A stretch of DNA of 63,949 bases, counting the filler, from Octopus bimaculoides (lineage: Eukaryota), in the NCBI RefSeq assembly GCF_001194135.2. It is 6 parts of 5 records of this genome, joined end to end, with 100 filler letters (N's around TTAATTAATTAA, not from the genome) between each part and the next. Parts side by side here need not be neighbours in the genome. Positions count along the whole stretch, not along the records: positions 5,007 to 26,057 come from NC_068982.1; positions 26,158 to 27,518 come from NC_068981.1; positions 27,619 to 59,579 come from NC_068982.1; 3 more parts are not named here. The stretch is one strand, 5' to 3'. A program made the translations under genes and the position numbers. The notes under the pieces were generated by a model. The model saw nothing but the letters and a program-made list of their open reading frames with translations. It made no database searches and was not told the origin of the DNA. Position 1 is the first letter of the stretch, and every line of letters begins with the position of its first letter. Below are positions 25,156 through 36,994 of the stretch, piece by piece.

Positions 25156-25723
25156 TTTTTAATAGGAAAGGTGTTCATGCAATACAATTAATGGAAACAT
25201 TCAGATGAAACAGTGAAGTATGACATGTACAGAATGTTTTTGTTAGAAACTCAACGTTTGGGATAATTTTTACATAGCAAATTCAGGTGCTGTGGTGTGT
25301 CTTCTTTGATTATTCCAGGTTAAATATTCAGCTATGAAAACAGCTATTAGGAGAGCGTACACCAACTTGATATGAGACACTGAATTTTTGGCGCTTAGTT
25401 TGACTGTATTTGTAGGTCTCACTCATGGAAAGTTCTAGTCAGACCATTGAACTATGAGCAGTTCATTGGATAAAATCTCAGGTGTCCACATGAATGAATT
25501 GCAGTTTCTGTGGGGCAAAACACAAGCCTGAATCTAATGCTATAGTGTCTTCAACTGTAACTCTGTAGCAACCAAAGCTTTGTGAGCAGATTCAGTAGAT
25601 AGAAACTGAAGAATCATTTAAGAGGTATAGTTATGCATGAGTGTTAGTGTCTTGAGGTCTTGACACCACATGAGAGTTGTAAACAAGCGTCATTCTCAAA
25701 CAAGCATTGCTCTTCATTTCCAA

Positions 25724-26057
25724 TCATCATCATCATCATCATCATCATTTAACGTCCGCTTTCCATGCTAGCATGGGTTGGACGATTTGACTGAGGACTG
25801 GTGCAACCGGATGGCTACACCAGGCTCCAATCTAATTTGGCAGAGTTTCTACAGCTGGATGCCCTTCCTAACGCCAACCACTCAGAGAGTGTAGTGGGTG
25901 CTTTTACGTGTCACCCGCACGAAAACGGCCACGCTCAAAATGGTGTCTTTTATGTGCCACCCGCACAAGAGCCAGTCCAGGGGCACTGGCAACGATCTCT
26001 CTCGAAAACCCTACAAGGCCAGTCAGGCGGTACTGGCAACGGTCATGCTCAGGATGG
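25724..26057 (-). mobile_element. (CAT)n-tailed SINE with internal repeats, cut by gap
   Basis: CATCATCATTTAACGTCCGCTTTCCATGCTAGCATGGGTTGGACG; high similarity to 12178-12510. Confidence 0.85.
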
Positions 26058-26829
26058 NNNNNNNNNNNNNNNNNNNNNNNNNNNNNNNNNNNNNNNNNNN
26101 NTTAATTAATTAANNNNNNNNNNNNNNNNNNNNNNNNNNNNNNNNNNNNNNNNNNNNAAAACACGGTTAAAATAAAATTTAATCTAAAAGCAGGAACCCA
26201 GCTTCTCAAGACACACTTACTCCCAGAAACAGAGAAATGTTCTCATATGCTTATGTTTATATAGAGAAAGAAGGAAAAAATAAGCAGATGGAAATTATGT
26301 GTGTGTATGTGTAAGTTACAGTATAACAATTTCATTACAACATTTCTGATAAAATAACATCGCCTTCCGTTCAATAAATTTATAAGTTAATGTAGAATTT
26401 AGTAGACTAGCTCTGCAGCCATTAAGCTGGTGTGTAGAACAAATTAACATGAAATTTTGCGAGAAGGTCTTGAATTATTTTAAAATATGAAGTCTGTGTC
26501 AGACAACCAGGAATGGTTCTGGGCGGGTTGGTCCAAAACTGTCTAAGCATATAAAGCAATGCCACTCGAATGCGACTGACATCACCTGGCGATGACCGTT
26601 GTGAAGGGGCCAAAGTTACATGAATCTAACCACAGCGAACCTATATTTCGGCGAGTTCTAAGTGAAAGAATACTCAGACTTATAGAGAACTAATCGATAA
26701 AAAAAAACTTTGAAACAGATGCTGTGGATCTGAGCCAAGCAGCGGGCAGACGAGGTCGCAGAGTTGTGACGAAAAGTTCAACATTTCATGAAATATATTT
26801 AGAAAGTATTTAACACTTATATATATATA

Positions 26830-26939
26830 TTAAAGAGTCATATACATCTGTGTGCCATATATATAGAGAGAGAGAGAAAGAGAGAGGTATCTCTCTCTAT
26901 ATATATATATATGGCACACAGATGTATATGACTCTTTAA
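26830..26939. repeat. Perfect 34-bp inverted repeat around a (TA)/(GA) microsatellite
   Basis: TTAAAGAGTCATATACATCTGTGTGCCATATATA versus its exact reverse complement ending at 26939. Confidence 0.9.
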
Positions 26940-27200
26940 CTAGTTTCAGCTCCAGAGCTGCGGCCATGCTGGAGCATCGCTGTTAGCTCTACTACACTTT
27001 CACTACTTGATGCCACCTCTGATATATGGCATTTGGTGAATGAGGGAGTTGGATGTTGCTCCTATCATCTGCATTTCCTGCCATCAGGTAGGCTCATTCG
27101 GATCCAGCTTTTCTTTGAAGACAACTACATCCATGCCATGCACGTGTTTCGAGCTACACACCCACATACGTGTGTCTATTGATATTAATATGAACATTAT

Positions 27201-27231
<31 letters not shown>

Positions 27232-27518
27232 CGAGGGTGAGTCAAAAAGTAATGCCATTTTGTTTAGGACAGGTATAATTACGAACACAGGAACATGTAT
27301 CATACATCAAAATGAAGCTGGTCCTCTGTGGATCACATCCCTACTTCTCAACATAGTCACCGTTTCTCTCAATAGCAATGTTCCACCTTCGAATAAGAGC
27401 ATGTATCCCTGCCCCGTAAAATTCTGTTGACTGTTCTTTGAGCCACTTCTTCACTACAGTTTTAATTTCCTCATCACTGGAATAATGTTTGCCTCTCAAA
27501 CCCTCTTTCATGGGGCCG
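27232..27518 (-). mobile_element. mariner transposon, 3' end (rest hidden in gap)
   Basis: TA at 27230-27231 then TIR CGAGGGTGAGTCAAAAAGTAATGCC; transposase C-terminus on the minus strand. Confidence 0.92.
27341..27517 (-). CDS. mariner transposase C-terminal 58 aa (partial)
   Basis: GPMKEGLRGKHYSSDEEIKTVVKKWLKEQSTEFYGAGIHALIRRWNIAIERNGDYVEK*, uninterrupted, with the typical mariner G.YVE end. Confidence 0.85.
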   Translation of the reverse strand, partial: GPMKEGLRGKHYSSDEEIKTVVKKWLKEQSTEFYGAGIHALIRRWNIAIERNGDYVEK

Positions 27519-28136
27519 NNNNNNNNNNNNNNNNNNNNNNNNNNNNNNNNNNNNNNNNNNNNTTAATTAATTAANNNNNNNNNNNNNNNNNNNNNNNNNN
27601 NNNNNNNNNNNNNNNNNNTTTTTTTTTTTTTTTTTTTTTTTTTTGACATGTTTTCTCGGATGCAACAATTTATCTAATACAAAATTTATACAATTTTTCT
27701 GGTCAAAAGATTATAAACAAAATGAACAACAACAATAGAGAATATGAATATATAAATAAATAAACAGATCAAAAAACGAAGAAATAATTTTTTTTTTCTA
27801 TCGACATAAAACCCGAAAATAAAAATAAACGCCCATCTAGGTATATAATGAAGCAGAAACTGAAAGTGAGGCGAAGACGTATTTCTAAACATTTTATCTA
27901 AATAAAGAAATATTGAATTGGAAGAAAAGATTGATAAACGGTAGGATATCGGCGGGGAAAAACTCTGCAAATGACATCTTTTATTTATCTCGTTTTGTTG
28001 GGTTGATGTCTTTTCTTAGAAACGGTGAATAACAAGCAAATATAAACACTAATGACAACATAATGTATGTATAAGCGCACACATTTACGTGGACTTATAT
28101 ATCTCTATGCCCCTCTCCTTCGATATATATTTTGCA

Positions 28137-28168
<32 letters not shown>

Positions 28169-28569
28169 CACAAACATGAATGCATTCATGCGTACGTATT
28201 TATGCATATACAGATATGAGTGTGTGTGTGTAATTATATATTATAATTAAAAGTCGACTATCTTTCCATTACTTCAAGTAATCATCAGCATATTGTATAT
28301 CTTCTGATTGTCTTATATTTGGACTTGTCTTATTGTATACACTCGGTACATCAATCGCGCTCCATTTTTTCAATGTAAGGGGTGGAATTTATTTTTGCGA
28401 CGGAATTTAATATTTTCCTTTTATTTGTTTTATTATAATGTGATATTTCTCAGTTGTACATTCCTAGCATTACACTGAGAAATTCTTGTATGACATGAAC
28501 TGTGTGGACTATTTGATATCACATTTATCAGCACAAAGTTTATGTAAAGGTAGCTTTAAAAACCGGTGT

Positions 28570-28935
28570 TTAAATCTCATTTGAGATGCCACTTGCTGTG
28601 ACACATTCTACAGCGGCAGCTTGCTGTGTTCAGCTACCAGCACAAGTTCCACTGCTCATCAGGCTGAGGAAAGAAAACTTTCAAGGCATCGGTCGCTCTC
28701 TGACAGGTTTATGGTCAACCTTGTGATAGTGGAGGCCTCTGGCGTTCTCGACACCCGGAGCGCATCTCTGCTCACCGCTATCGGGGCAAAGATGGCTATC
28801 CGCAAGTGCGTGTCTTGTGAGTGGCTCTTCCAGCGCATCTTCCTCGCCCTCCTCCAGAGCAATGCCTTTTCCATTTTGTCTGATGGGATCATGAGGCAGT
28901 CTGAATTACAGGAAATTGTACGTTCCATTCCTTAA
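28570..28935 (+). mobile_element. CRE-like non-LTR retrotransposon, restriction-like endonuclease 3' fragment
   Basis: LI*DATCCDTF...AEERKLSRHRSLSDRFMVNLVIVEASGVL...EWLFQRIFLALLQSNAFSIL, matching the CRE-type WD.T..D...K..KY......A.ET.G......QRIS.A..RGNA pattern. Confidence 0.75.
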
Positions 28936-29880
28936 AGTTACTCCTAATAATATTTAATCTAAAGCAAAAACTAAGCTCCTTGCTTACCCTGTCCAATTAA
29001 AGGGAAAAAAAAGTAAAAAAAAAAAATAAAAAAAAGTATTGCGACACTGCTAGACTAGGTAACGGTCAAAATGTGTCAAAACCAGTTTAGCTGATAAAGA
29101 GAGTTAATGTGTTCCTGTCTGTTTTTATTGTGTTCTTCTGTGTAATTTTTTTTGTTTTTACTTCTTACAACTCGGGGCCTATAGTAGAAGACACTTGCTG
29201 AACGTGCCAAATCACGTGGTTCCACAGCGAGCTTCTTAACTACATGGCCATACCTGCACGGAAAACAGCTTATTAAAATGGTTGATGGCTTGGCATTAAT
29301 AACTAAACTGTCAATGCAGCAGGTCATCAATAAAAATGTATACAATGTCATATCAGTATGTTTACTAAACATATATTTAGTCTCACTGTGTGCGGGCATT
29401 GCTTTATCTCCTCTTTTCTGTCAGTTTCAATTTGGCAGGCTGCTGATTGACATTCTTAATGTCGATAGACTGTTGCATGTACAATAGTTTGAGAATGTTA
29501 AATTTTCTTTCTTTCGTGTTCTTTTTGATAGTCTAGGAGTCAGGAAAAGAATTTATTCTGTTTTCGGAAACTGACAAACACTTATTTCCGTTAATGGTAT
29601 CTATCAAGCCTAAAGTAGATTGAACCTTCGCACTCCGTAATTGCATTTAAAAACAAGAAACAGTAAGAAAATATTAATATGCCTTTATGAAAAACACATC
29701 TCAAGCACCCTATGTTAAAAATTGAAGCGAACTAACAAAACGAGGTGAACGGAAAAATTAGAAAGAGAACGCTTTCTCAAGTTTAAAAAATATATTATAT
29801 GACTACATAAGCGTTCTTGCATTTACAAAAATATATATCCAGAATTTCGCAGGTGTTTTACACGTACACACGCGCGCGCA

Positions 29881-29918
<38 letters not shown>

Positions 29919-30043
29919 TACATACACACACACACATATATACAAATAAATATATATGATATATATATGTATATCGGTAATTCTCTTTCTCTTTCTTTCT
30001 TTCTTTCTTCATTTTCGCTTCCTTTCTCTCTCTCCTTCCCTCC

Positions 30044-30082
<39 letters not shown>

Positions 30083-30257
30083 NNNNNNNNNNNNNNNNNN
30101 NNNNNNNNNNNNNNNNNNNNNNNNNNNNNNNNNNNNNNNNNNNNNNNNNNNNNNNNNNNNNNNNNNNNNNNNNNNNNNNNNNNNNNNNNNNNNNNNNNNN
30201 NNNNNNNNNNNNNNNNNNNNNNNNNNNNNNNNNNNNNNNNNNNNNNNNNNNNNNNNN

Positions 30258-30295
<38 letters not shown>

Positions 30296-30599
30296 AATGG
30301 AATAAATAATAAACGTATATAGACATGTACATTCACAAAATTTACATATTCTCTCTCGCACAGATGCGCATAGACTCGCACTCATGCACCCGTGGGTATA
30401 AACGCGTATTCGTTATGGGTATACAAAAAAGAAATATTTTTATTCACCTTTTCATCGACGTCACCATAACTATCAATAACTCTCACATTGCCACCTCTGT
30501 GTATTTCTATTTTAATTTTCCCTATTCTACCCTGTTACCTTTTTGTTACTTCTTTAAAGCCACCGACTATGCAGCGCAATTTCAGACATCCATTCGAGA

Positions 30600-30930
30600 A
30601 CTGAGGAAATGTATAATCCTTCCTCGCACTAGCTCATCCGAAAAGTTGCTCTCCCTTGGACCAAGTCTATGGAAGGATTCTCATCACTCATAGAAAAATT
30701 TTCTCTATCACCTTTCAGCCGTTAGCTTCGCTGCCTCAACGAACTATCCTTCACAAATTCCTGTATCTTTCCTCCGAATTACAGACCACTTCAATTCCTC
30801 CTGTCTCCTTTCAAAATAGAGAAAACTCGCACCATTTTTTTGAAAAGTATTTCGCATACCTCTTGCTGACATTCTCCCCTGTACTTACCTCCAAAGCTTC
30901 CTGTTTCACACACTACTCTCCCTCACTACC
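30600..30930 (+). mobile_element. Possible decayed CR1/Jockey-group LINE ORF2 linker fragment
   Basis: Pyrimidine-rich; GPSLWKDSHHS*KNF weakly resembles the GSRSFW...NF linker motif. Confidence 0.3.
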
Positions 30931-31009
30931 AAGTCACCAGCCATTTCTGTATACTTGGCTTGATCTGGAGGAGGTGTGCACGGATAGGGACTATGCGGGC
31001 CTTCTGAAA

Positions 31010-31320
31010 ACGTTGAGATCGGCGCTGTTAACATTTCTACAGAATACTGAAAGCATGATGTTTGCAGATAAGAACATGCAGTGAAGAATTTTCAAAAGGA
31101 CTAATGTTCTGGAGACAAAGAACTGGGGGGAGAGAAGACAATGTAGATGCCGCGAAGAAGAAAGATGAGTGATTCAGGCGCTCCTGAGTAAACATGGCTC
31201 GAGATCAGCAATTTCGGAGGACCAGACGCCTACCTAGTTGTAATGGGAAATGCGGAGAGAGGAGACAGCATATCAGTGGACTAAGGGTTGGAGTGTGATG
31301 GTGAGTGGTTTTATGCCAAT
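31010..31320 (-). mobile_element. Decayed CR1/Jockey-group LINE ORF2 C-terminus
   Basis: Minus frame TLQPLVH*YAVSSLRISHYN*VGVWSSEIADL... then RNVNSADL, matching LQPL.HRR.VS.L..FY.Y..G..SSE.A.L...RN.NS.DL. Confidence 0.55.
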
Positions 31321-31367
31321 CAGTCAATCAACCACTCTTTGTCAGTTCCTTCTTCTAGTTGTACTAA

Positions 31368-31400
<33 letters not shown>

Positions 31401-33051
31401 GGTGGTAGCTGCATTAAAGTTTCGGTGAGCATATGCACTATTTCAAATACATATGTACACCCTGAAATGCTCATGATTCTCTCTGTTGCTATTTAAAGTC
31501 TCCCGCAACGTTAGTGNNNNNNNNNNNNNNNNNNNNNNNNNNNNNNNNNNNNNNNNNNNNNNNNNNNNNNNNNNNNNNNNNNNNNNNNNNNNNNNNNNNN
31601 NNNNNNNNNNNNNNNNNNNNNNNNNNNNNNNNNNNNNNNNNNNNNNNNNNNNNNNNNNNNNNNNNNNNNNNNNNNNNNNNNNNNNNNNNNNNNNNNNNNN
31701 NNNNNNNNNNNNNNNNNNNNNNNNNNNNNNNNNNNNNNNNNNNNNNNNNNNNNNNNNNNNNNNNNNNNNNNNNNNNNNNNNNNNNNNNNNNNNNNNNNNN
31801 NNNNNNNNNNNNNNNNNNNNNNNNNNNNNNCACACAAACACACACACACACACACATTCTCTCTCACACAAAACGCACAGACTTTTGAAAATGGCTTTTG
31901 AATTTTACCCTATCAATTTTGTATGTAAAACGAACTCAATGTTACATTATTTTGGGGTTATAATTCTTCAATTTCTTTTTTCTTTGATCATAGACATATA
32001 TTACTAACTTAATGCGTGTTCGAAATTCTACGTTGCCTTAGAAACACATTTTATAGCTTGCGATATCTTGGTTTTAATCTGATCTCATATTAATTGAACA
32101 TATATCAAGGTATTGATTAAACTTATGCGACTGTTGTGTGTTTTATTATTTAAATTATGTTTAAAATCTATATCATTACATTATTTACGGCTATTTATAC
32201 GTCTGATGTGTATAAATTACACATTATATGGGTTCGTATAAAAGTGTATGTATTACTGTATATGTGTGTATGCATGGTGTATGAAAGTATGTATGCATGC
32301 ATGGATGTATGTACAACATTTGTCAATTTTATAGGAAATAGTTGATTGCCAATGCTAATCCGCCGCTGAATGTCTAACAATTTCCTGGATGAACGCTCAA
32401 TTTAATGGTTGTCTCTTCAAAGTAACCGAAATCATAAGGTTCATAGTACTATACAACCGCTTGTGTAACCTCTGCTGCGTTTAGTAATGATCACTTTAGA
32501 TTTTAATCGATTTCTTTTAATGAATCACAAAACGGAGTTTTGCTGAGAAGAGTATAGTCGATTGAAAGGCCATCATATTACTGCTACTTGTTTTGTTAAT
32601 CTGCAAGTATTTAAGCGTACAACCTAAAAGAGATTTAGTCTGGTGCTCTATGTCAATTATATTACATTAATTGTATGAGAAACAAGAAAACTATGCTACT
32701 AAATTGCAATTTAGTTCGGCATTAAAAAAAGTATGGTTGATTGGTAGTAGAAAAAGCAGAACATCAGAACAATATATTTTGGTGTTTCGATATATCCCGT
32801 TCAGTTCTGATTTCAAATCCTGCCCATGTTCACTTTGGCTGACATCTTTTCGGGATTGATAATATAATAGGTACCAGTCAGCAATATTATCACTGGAACT
32901 GTTGCGATTACACCATGTAAATCGGTGATTCGGGTCAACAAAAGCCTTACGAGAGAAATTTGGTGATCCTTGGATATATATATATGTGTGTGTTTGTGTG
33001 TATGTGTGTATAGATATACACACGCATATATCTATATATATGTACATAACC

Positions 33052-33149
<98 letters not shown>

Positions 33150-33715
33150 NNNNNNNNNNNNNNNNNNNNNNNNNNNNNNNNNNNNNNNNNNNNNNNNNNN
33201 NNNNNNNNNNNNNNNNNNNNNNNNNNNNNNNNNNNNNNNNNNNNNNNNNNNNNNNNNNNNNNNNNNNNNNNNNNNNNNNNNNNNNNNNNNNNNNNNNNNN
33301 NNNNNNNNNNNNNNNNNNNNNNNNNNNNNNNNNNNNNNNNNNNNNNNNNNNNNNNNNNNNNNNNNNNNNNNNNNNNNNNNNNNNNNNNNNNNNNNNNNNN
33401 NNNNNNNNNNNNNNNNNNNNNNNNNNNNNNNNNNNNNNNNNNNNNNNNNNNNNNNNNNNNNNNNNNNNNNNNNNNNNNNNNNNNNNNNNNNNNNNNNNNN
33501 NNNNNNNNNNNNNNNNNNNNNNNNNNNNNNNNNNNNNNNNNNNNNNNNNNNNNNNNNNNNNNNNNNNNNNNNNNNNNNNNNNNNNNNNNNNNNNNNNNNN
33601 NNTTTTTTTTATTATAATCGTTTATACAGTATATTTGATTCAAACCGCTGTCCGACATATGTTTCTGCTGCGTGGATGTCTTGCAATGTGGTTTTCATTT
33701 GCATCCTGTTTGTTC

Positions 33716-33850
33716 ATCTGCATCCAGATTTCATTCAGGTTAAAAACGCATCCATGCAGTTTTAGTCAAAGTCTTAACTTAAAGAGTGACAACAGTTTGA
33801 ATAAAGTTGTATGGACTCGTTTTCAGCAGGAATGAAATCTGGATGCAGAT
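33716..33850 (+). other. 135-nt hairpin-forming inverted repeat (pre-miRNA-like or small MITE)
   Basis: Perfect 21-bp outer stem; 55-bp ungapped stem overall with 4 G-U pairs and 6 mismatches; about 25-nt loop. Confidence 0.6.
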
Positions 33851-34075
33851 ATATGATTCTCCTCATTTATTTGCATTGTCTTAGATGTACACTCAGTAAA
33901 CTTTATAATCCAACGAAGCGAACTCGGGATTTACCCATCGGGTAGAAATACTTTCAGAACGTTTACCCTAAATAGTCCAAGTTTATTACATGTCATTCGC
34001 TGCAGTTAACCAGAACTTGAATTTCACTAAAGTGCTTGAACTGTAACTACCTGGATCTATTATCCCTGTCTATTT

Positions 34076-34335
<260 letters not shown>

Positions 34336-35431
34336 TTNNNNNNNNNNNNNNNNNNNNNNNNNNNNNNNNNNNNNNNNNNNNNNNNNNNNNNNNNNNNNNN
34401 NNNNNNNNNNNNNNNNNNNNNNNNNNNNNNNNNNNNNNNNNNNNNNNNNNNNNNNNNNNNNNNNNNNNNNNNNNNNNNNNNNNNNNNNNNNNNNNNNNNN
34501 NNNNNNNNNNNNNNNNNNNNNNNNNNNNNNNNNNNNNNNNNNNNNNNNNNNNNNNNNNNNNNNNNNNNNNNNNNNNNNNNNNNNNNNNNNNNNNNNNNNN
34601 NNNNNNNNNNNNNNNNNNNNNNNNNNNNNNNNNNNNNNNNNNNNNNNNNNNNNNNNNNNNNNNNNNNNNNNNNNNNNNNNNNNNNNNNNNNNNNNNNNNN
34701 NNNNNNNNNNNNNNNNNNNNNNNNNNNNNNNNNNNNNNNNNNNNNNNNNNNNNNNNNNNNNNNNNNNNNNNNNNNNNNNNNNNNNNNNNNNNNNNNNNNN
34801 NNNNNNNNNNNNNNNNNNNNNNNNNNNNNNNNNNNNNNNNNNNNNNNNNNNNNNNNNNNNNNNNNNNNNNNNNNNNNNNNNNNNNNNNNNNNNNNNNNNN
34901 NNNNNNNNNNNNNNNNNNNNNNNNNNNNNNNNNNNNNNNNNNNNNNNNNNNNNNNNNNNNNNNNNNNNNNNNNNNNNNNNNNNNNNNNNNNNNNNNNNNN
35001 NNNNNNNNNNNNNNNNNNNNNNNNNNNNNNNNNNNNNNNNNNNNNNNNNNNNNNNNNNNNNNNNNNNNNNNNNNNNNNNNNNNNNNNNNNNNNNNNNNNN
35101 NNNNNNNNNNNNNNNNNNNNNNNNNNNNNNNNNNNNNNNNNNNNNNNNNNNNNNNNNNNNNNNNNNNNNNNNNNNNNNNNNNNNNNNNNNNNNNNNNNNN
35201 NNNNNNNNNNNNNNNNNNNNNNNNNNNNNNGGTACAGGACATTGCAAACAAAACGTAGACAAAAGAATAATAATAACCAGAGTACAGAACACACACAGGC
35301 CACATAGAGAACATTTTCCTTCATCAGCTACCCCCATTCTAACACAGGCGTTTCGAAGAGTAGACATATATATATATATGTGTGTGTGCGTGTGTGTGTG
35401 TGTGTGCGTGTGTGTGTGTGTGTGTGCGCGC

Positions 35432-35485
<54 letters not shown>

Positions 35486-36597
35486 GTGTGTATATGTATG
35501 TATGTATGTATGTATTATATATGTATGTATGTATTATGTATGTATGTATGTGATGGCACCTCACATCTGGTTATTCAAATTTTAACTGTCATCTATTCAG
35601 CCGTAACTAACGCTCTTCCTTCGACATTGAGTGATGTTATACACACACACACGCGCGCGCGCGCACAGACACATTATGCATGCATACATATATACATATA
35701 CGTGTAAATGTGTATGTGTGTGTGTATGTGTGTGTGCAAGTGCGTGCGTACGTGTTTATGTACAGCTTGGGAATGCAGAATCAAAGCTGGATAGTGAGCC
35801 AAGACAACTTCGTGATTTTCGGTTATGTCCCTTTATGTTCTTGGTTGAACTAATGAAAAGGAAACAGAACCCATGGAAGCTGCTGGTGGTTTGCAACAAC
35901 CTGGTTGTTCTTGGCATTCGCTCACACGAGATCGATAAAATTTTACCGGAGAAAGTGCTGTGGTCGATACAATCGACTAACACATTTAAAAGTGGTGTCT
36001 GGAGTATGGCAACAAGGCAATAAATAAAACCAGTAAAAGTGTAAAAGAACAGACAAAGCTCTTGTGTGTGTAATATCTTTCTTTTTTTTTGTTGTTTTTT
36101 TCTTTTTTCTTTTTCTCTTTCATTTGGAAAATATTCTTGTCTAGTGTCAGCATATTTAATATACTGGTTAAGAGATTATCGATAAAACCATGTTATTGTG
36201 AAAATAGAACATGAAACAATGCGAAATTATAAAGCAAAACGAAATCAAAAAATAGAAAAGCAAAACAAAAAAAAAACAACTGCATGAGAAATTTTTGCAT
36301 TTAAGAAACCAAATATATTATATTTGAATCCTATTTTGAGAATTATATAATTATTTTAAATAACAGCATTCAAATTCCATACTTGTACATGGTTGTTAAA
36401 AGATGTTATAGATTATAAGAAGTTGCGAGTTTCAGATAACGCTGTATTTTTAGAGAGATATTTGGGCATTTATTAAAGATAGGTATTTTCGTTATTCACC
36501 AATTTGGTCGTTTCTTTTTCTTGTGTGCTATTAGCATCAAAGTTATTTTTTGTACGTCTACCGATTGTGTGAAAACATTGATTTTTTTAAACTTTCA

Positions 36598-36994
36598 TTC
36601 TTTTACTTGCTTCAGTTATAGAACTGCGGCCATGCTGGGACACCTTTTGAAGAGTATAGTCAATCAAATCAACCCTAGTACTTATTTTTTTTCAAAAACA
36701 TTTCTAGTACTTATTCTATTCGTGTCTTTCGTGAAACCGCTAAATTACAAAAATGTAAACAAAGTAACATTGCTTGTCGAGCGCTGGGTTCACAAAGATC
36801 CGTTCACACACCTACATACATGTGGTCGACAGGCTTCCTCACAGTTTCCATTTACCGAATTCACTCACTCACAAGACATTGGTCGGTCCGGGATTTAGTA
36901 GAAGACATTCGCCCAAGGTGCTATGTAGTGGGGCTGAACCTGAAACCACGTGGTTGCAAAGCGAGCTTTATAACTACAAAGCCATGCCTGCACC
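36598..36994 (-). mobile_element. tRNA-derived SINE (family of 23589-23976)
   Basis: TTGGTCGGTCCGGGATTTAGTAGAAGACATTCGCCCAAGGTGCTATGTAGTGGGGCTGAACC. Confidence 0.85.
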
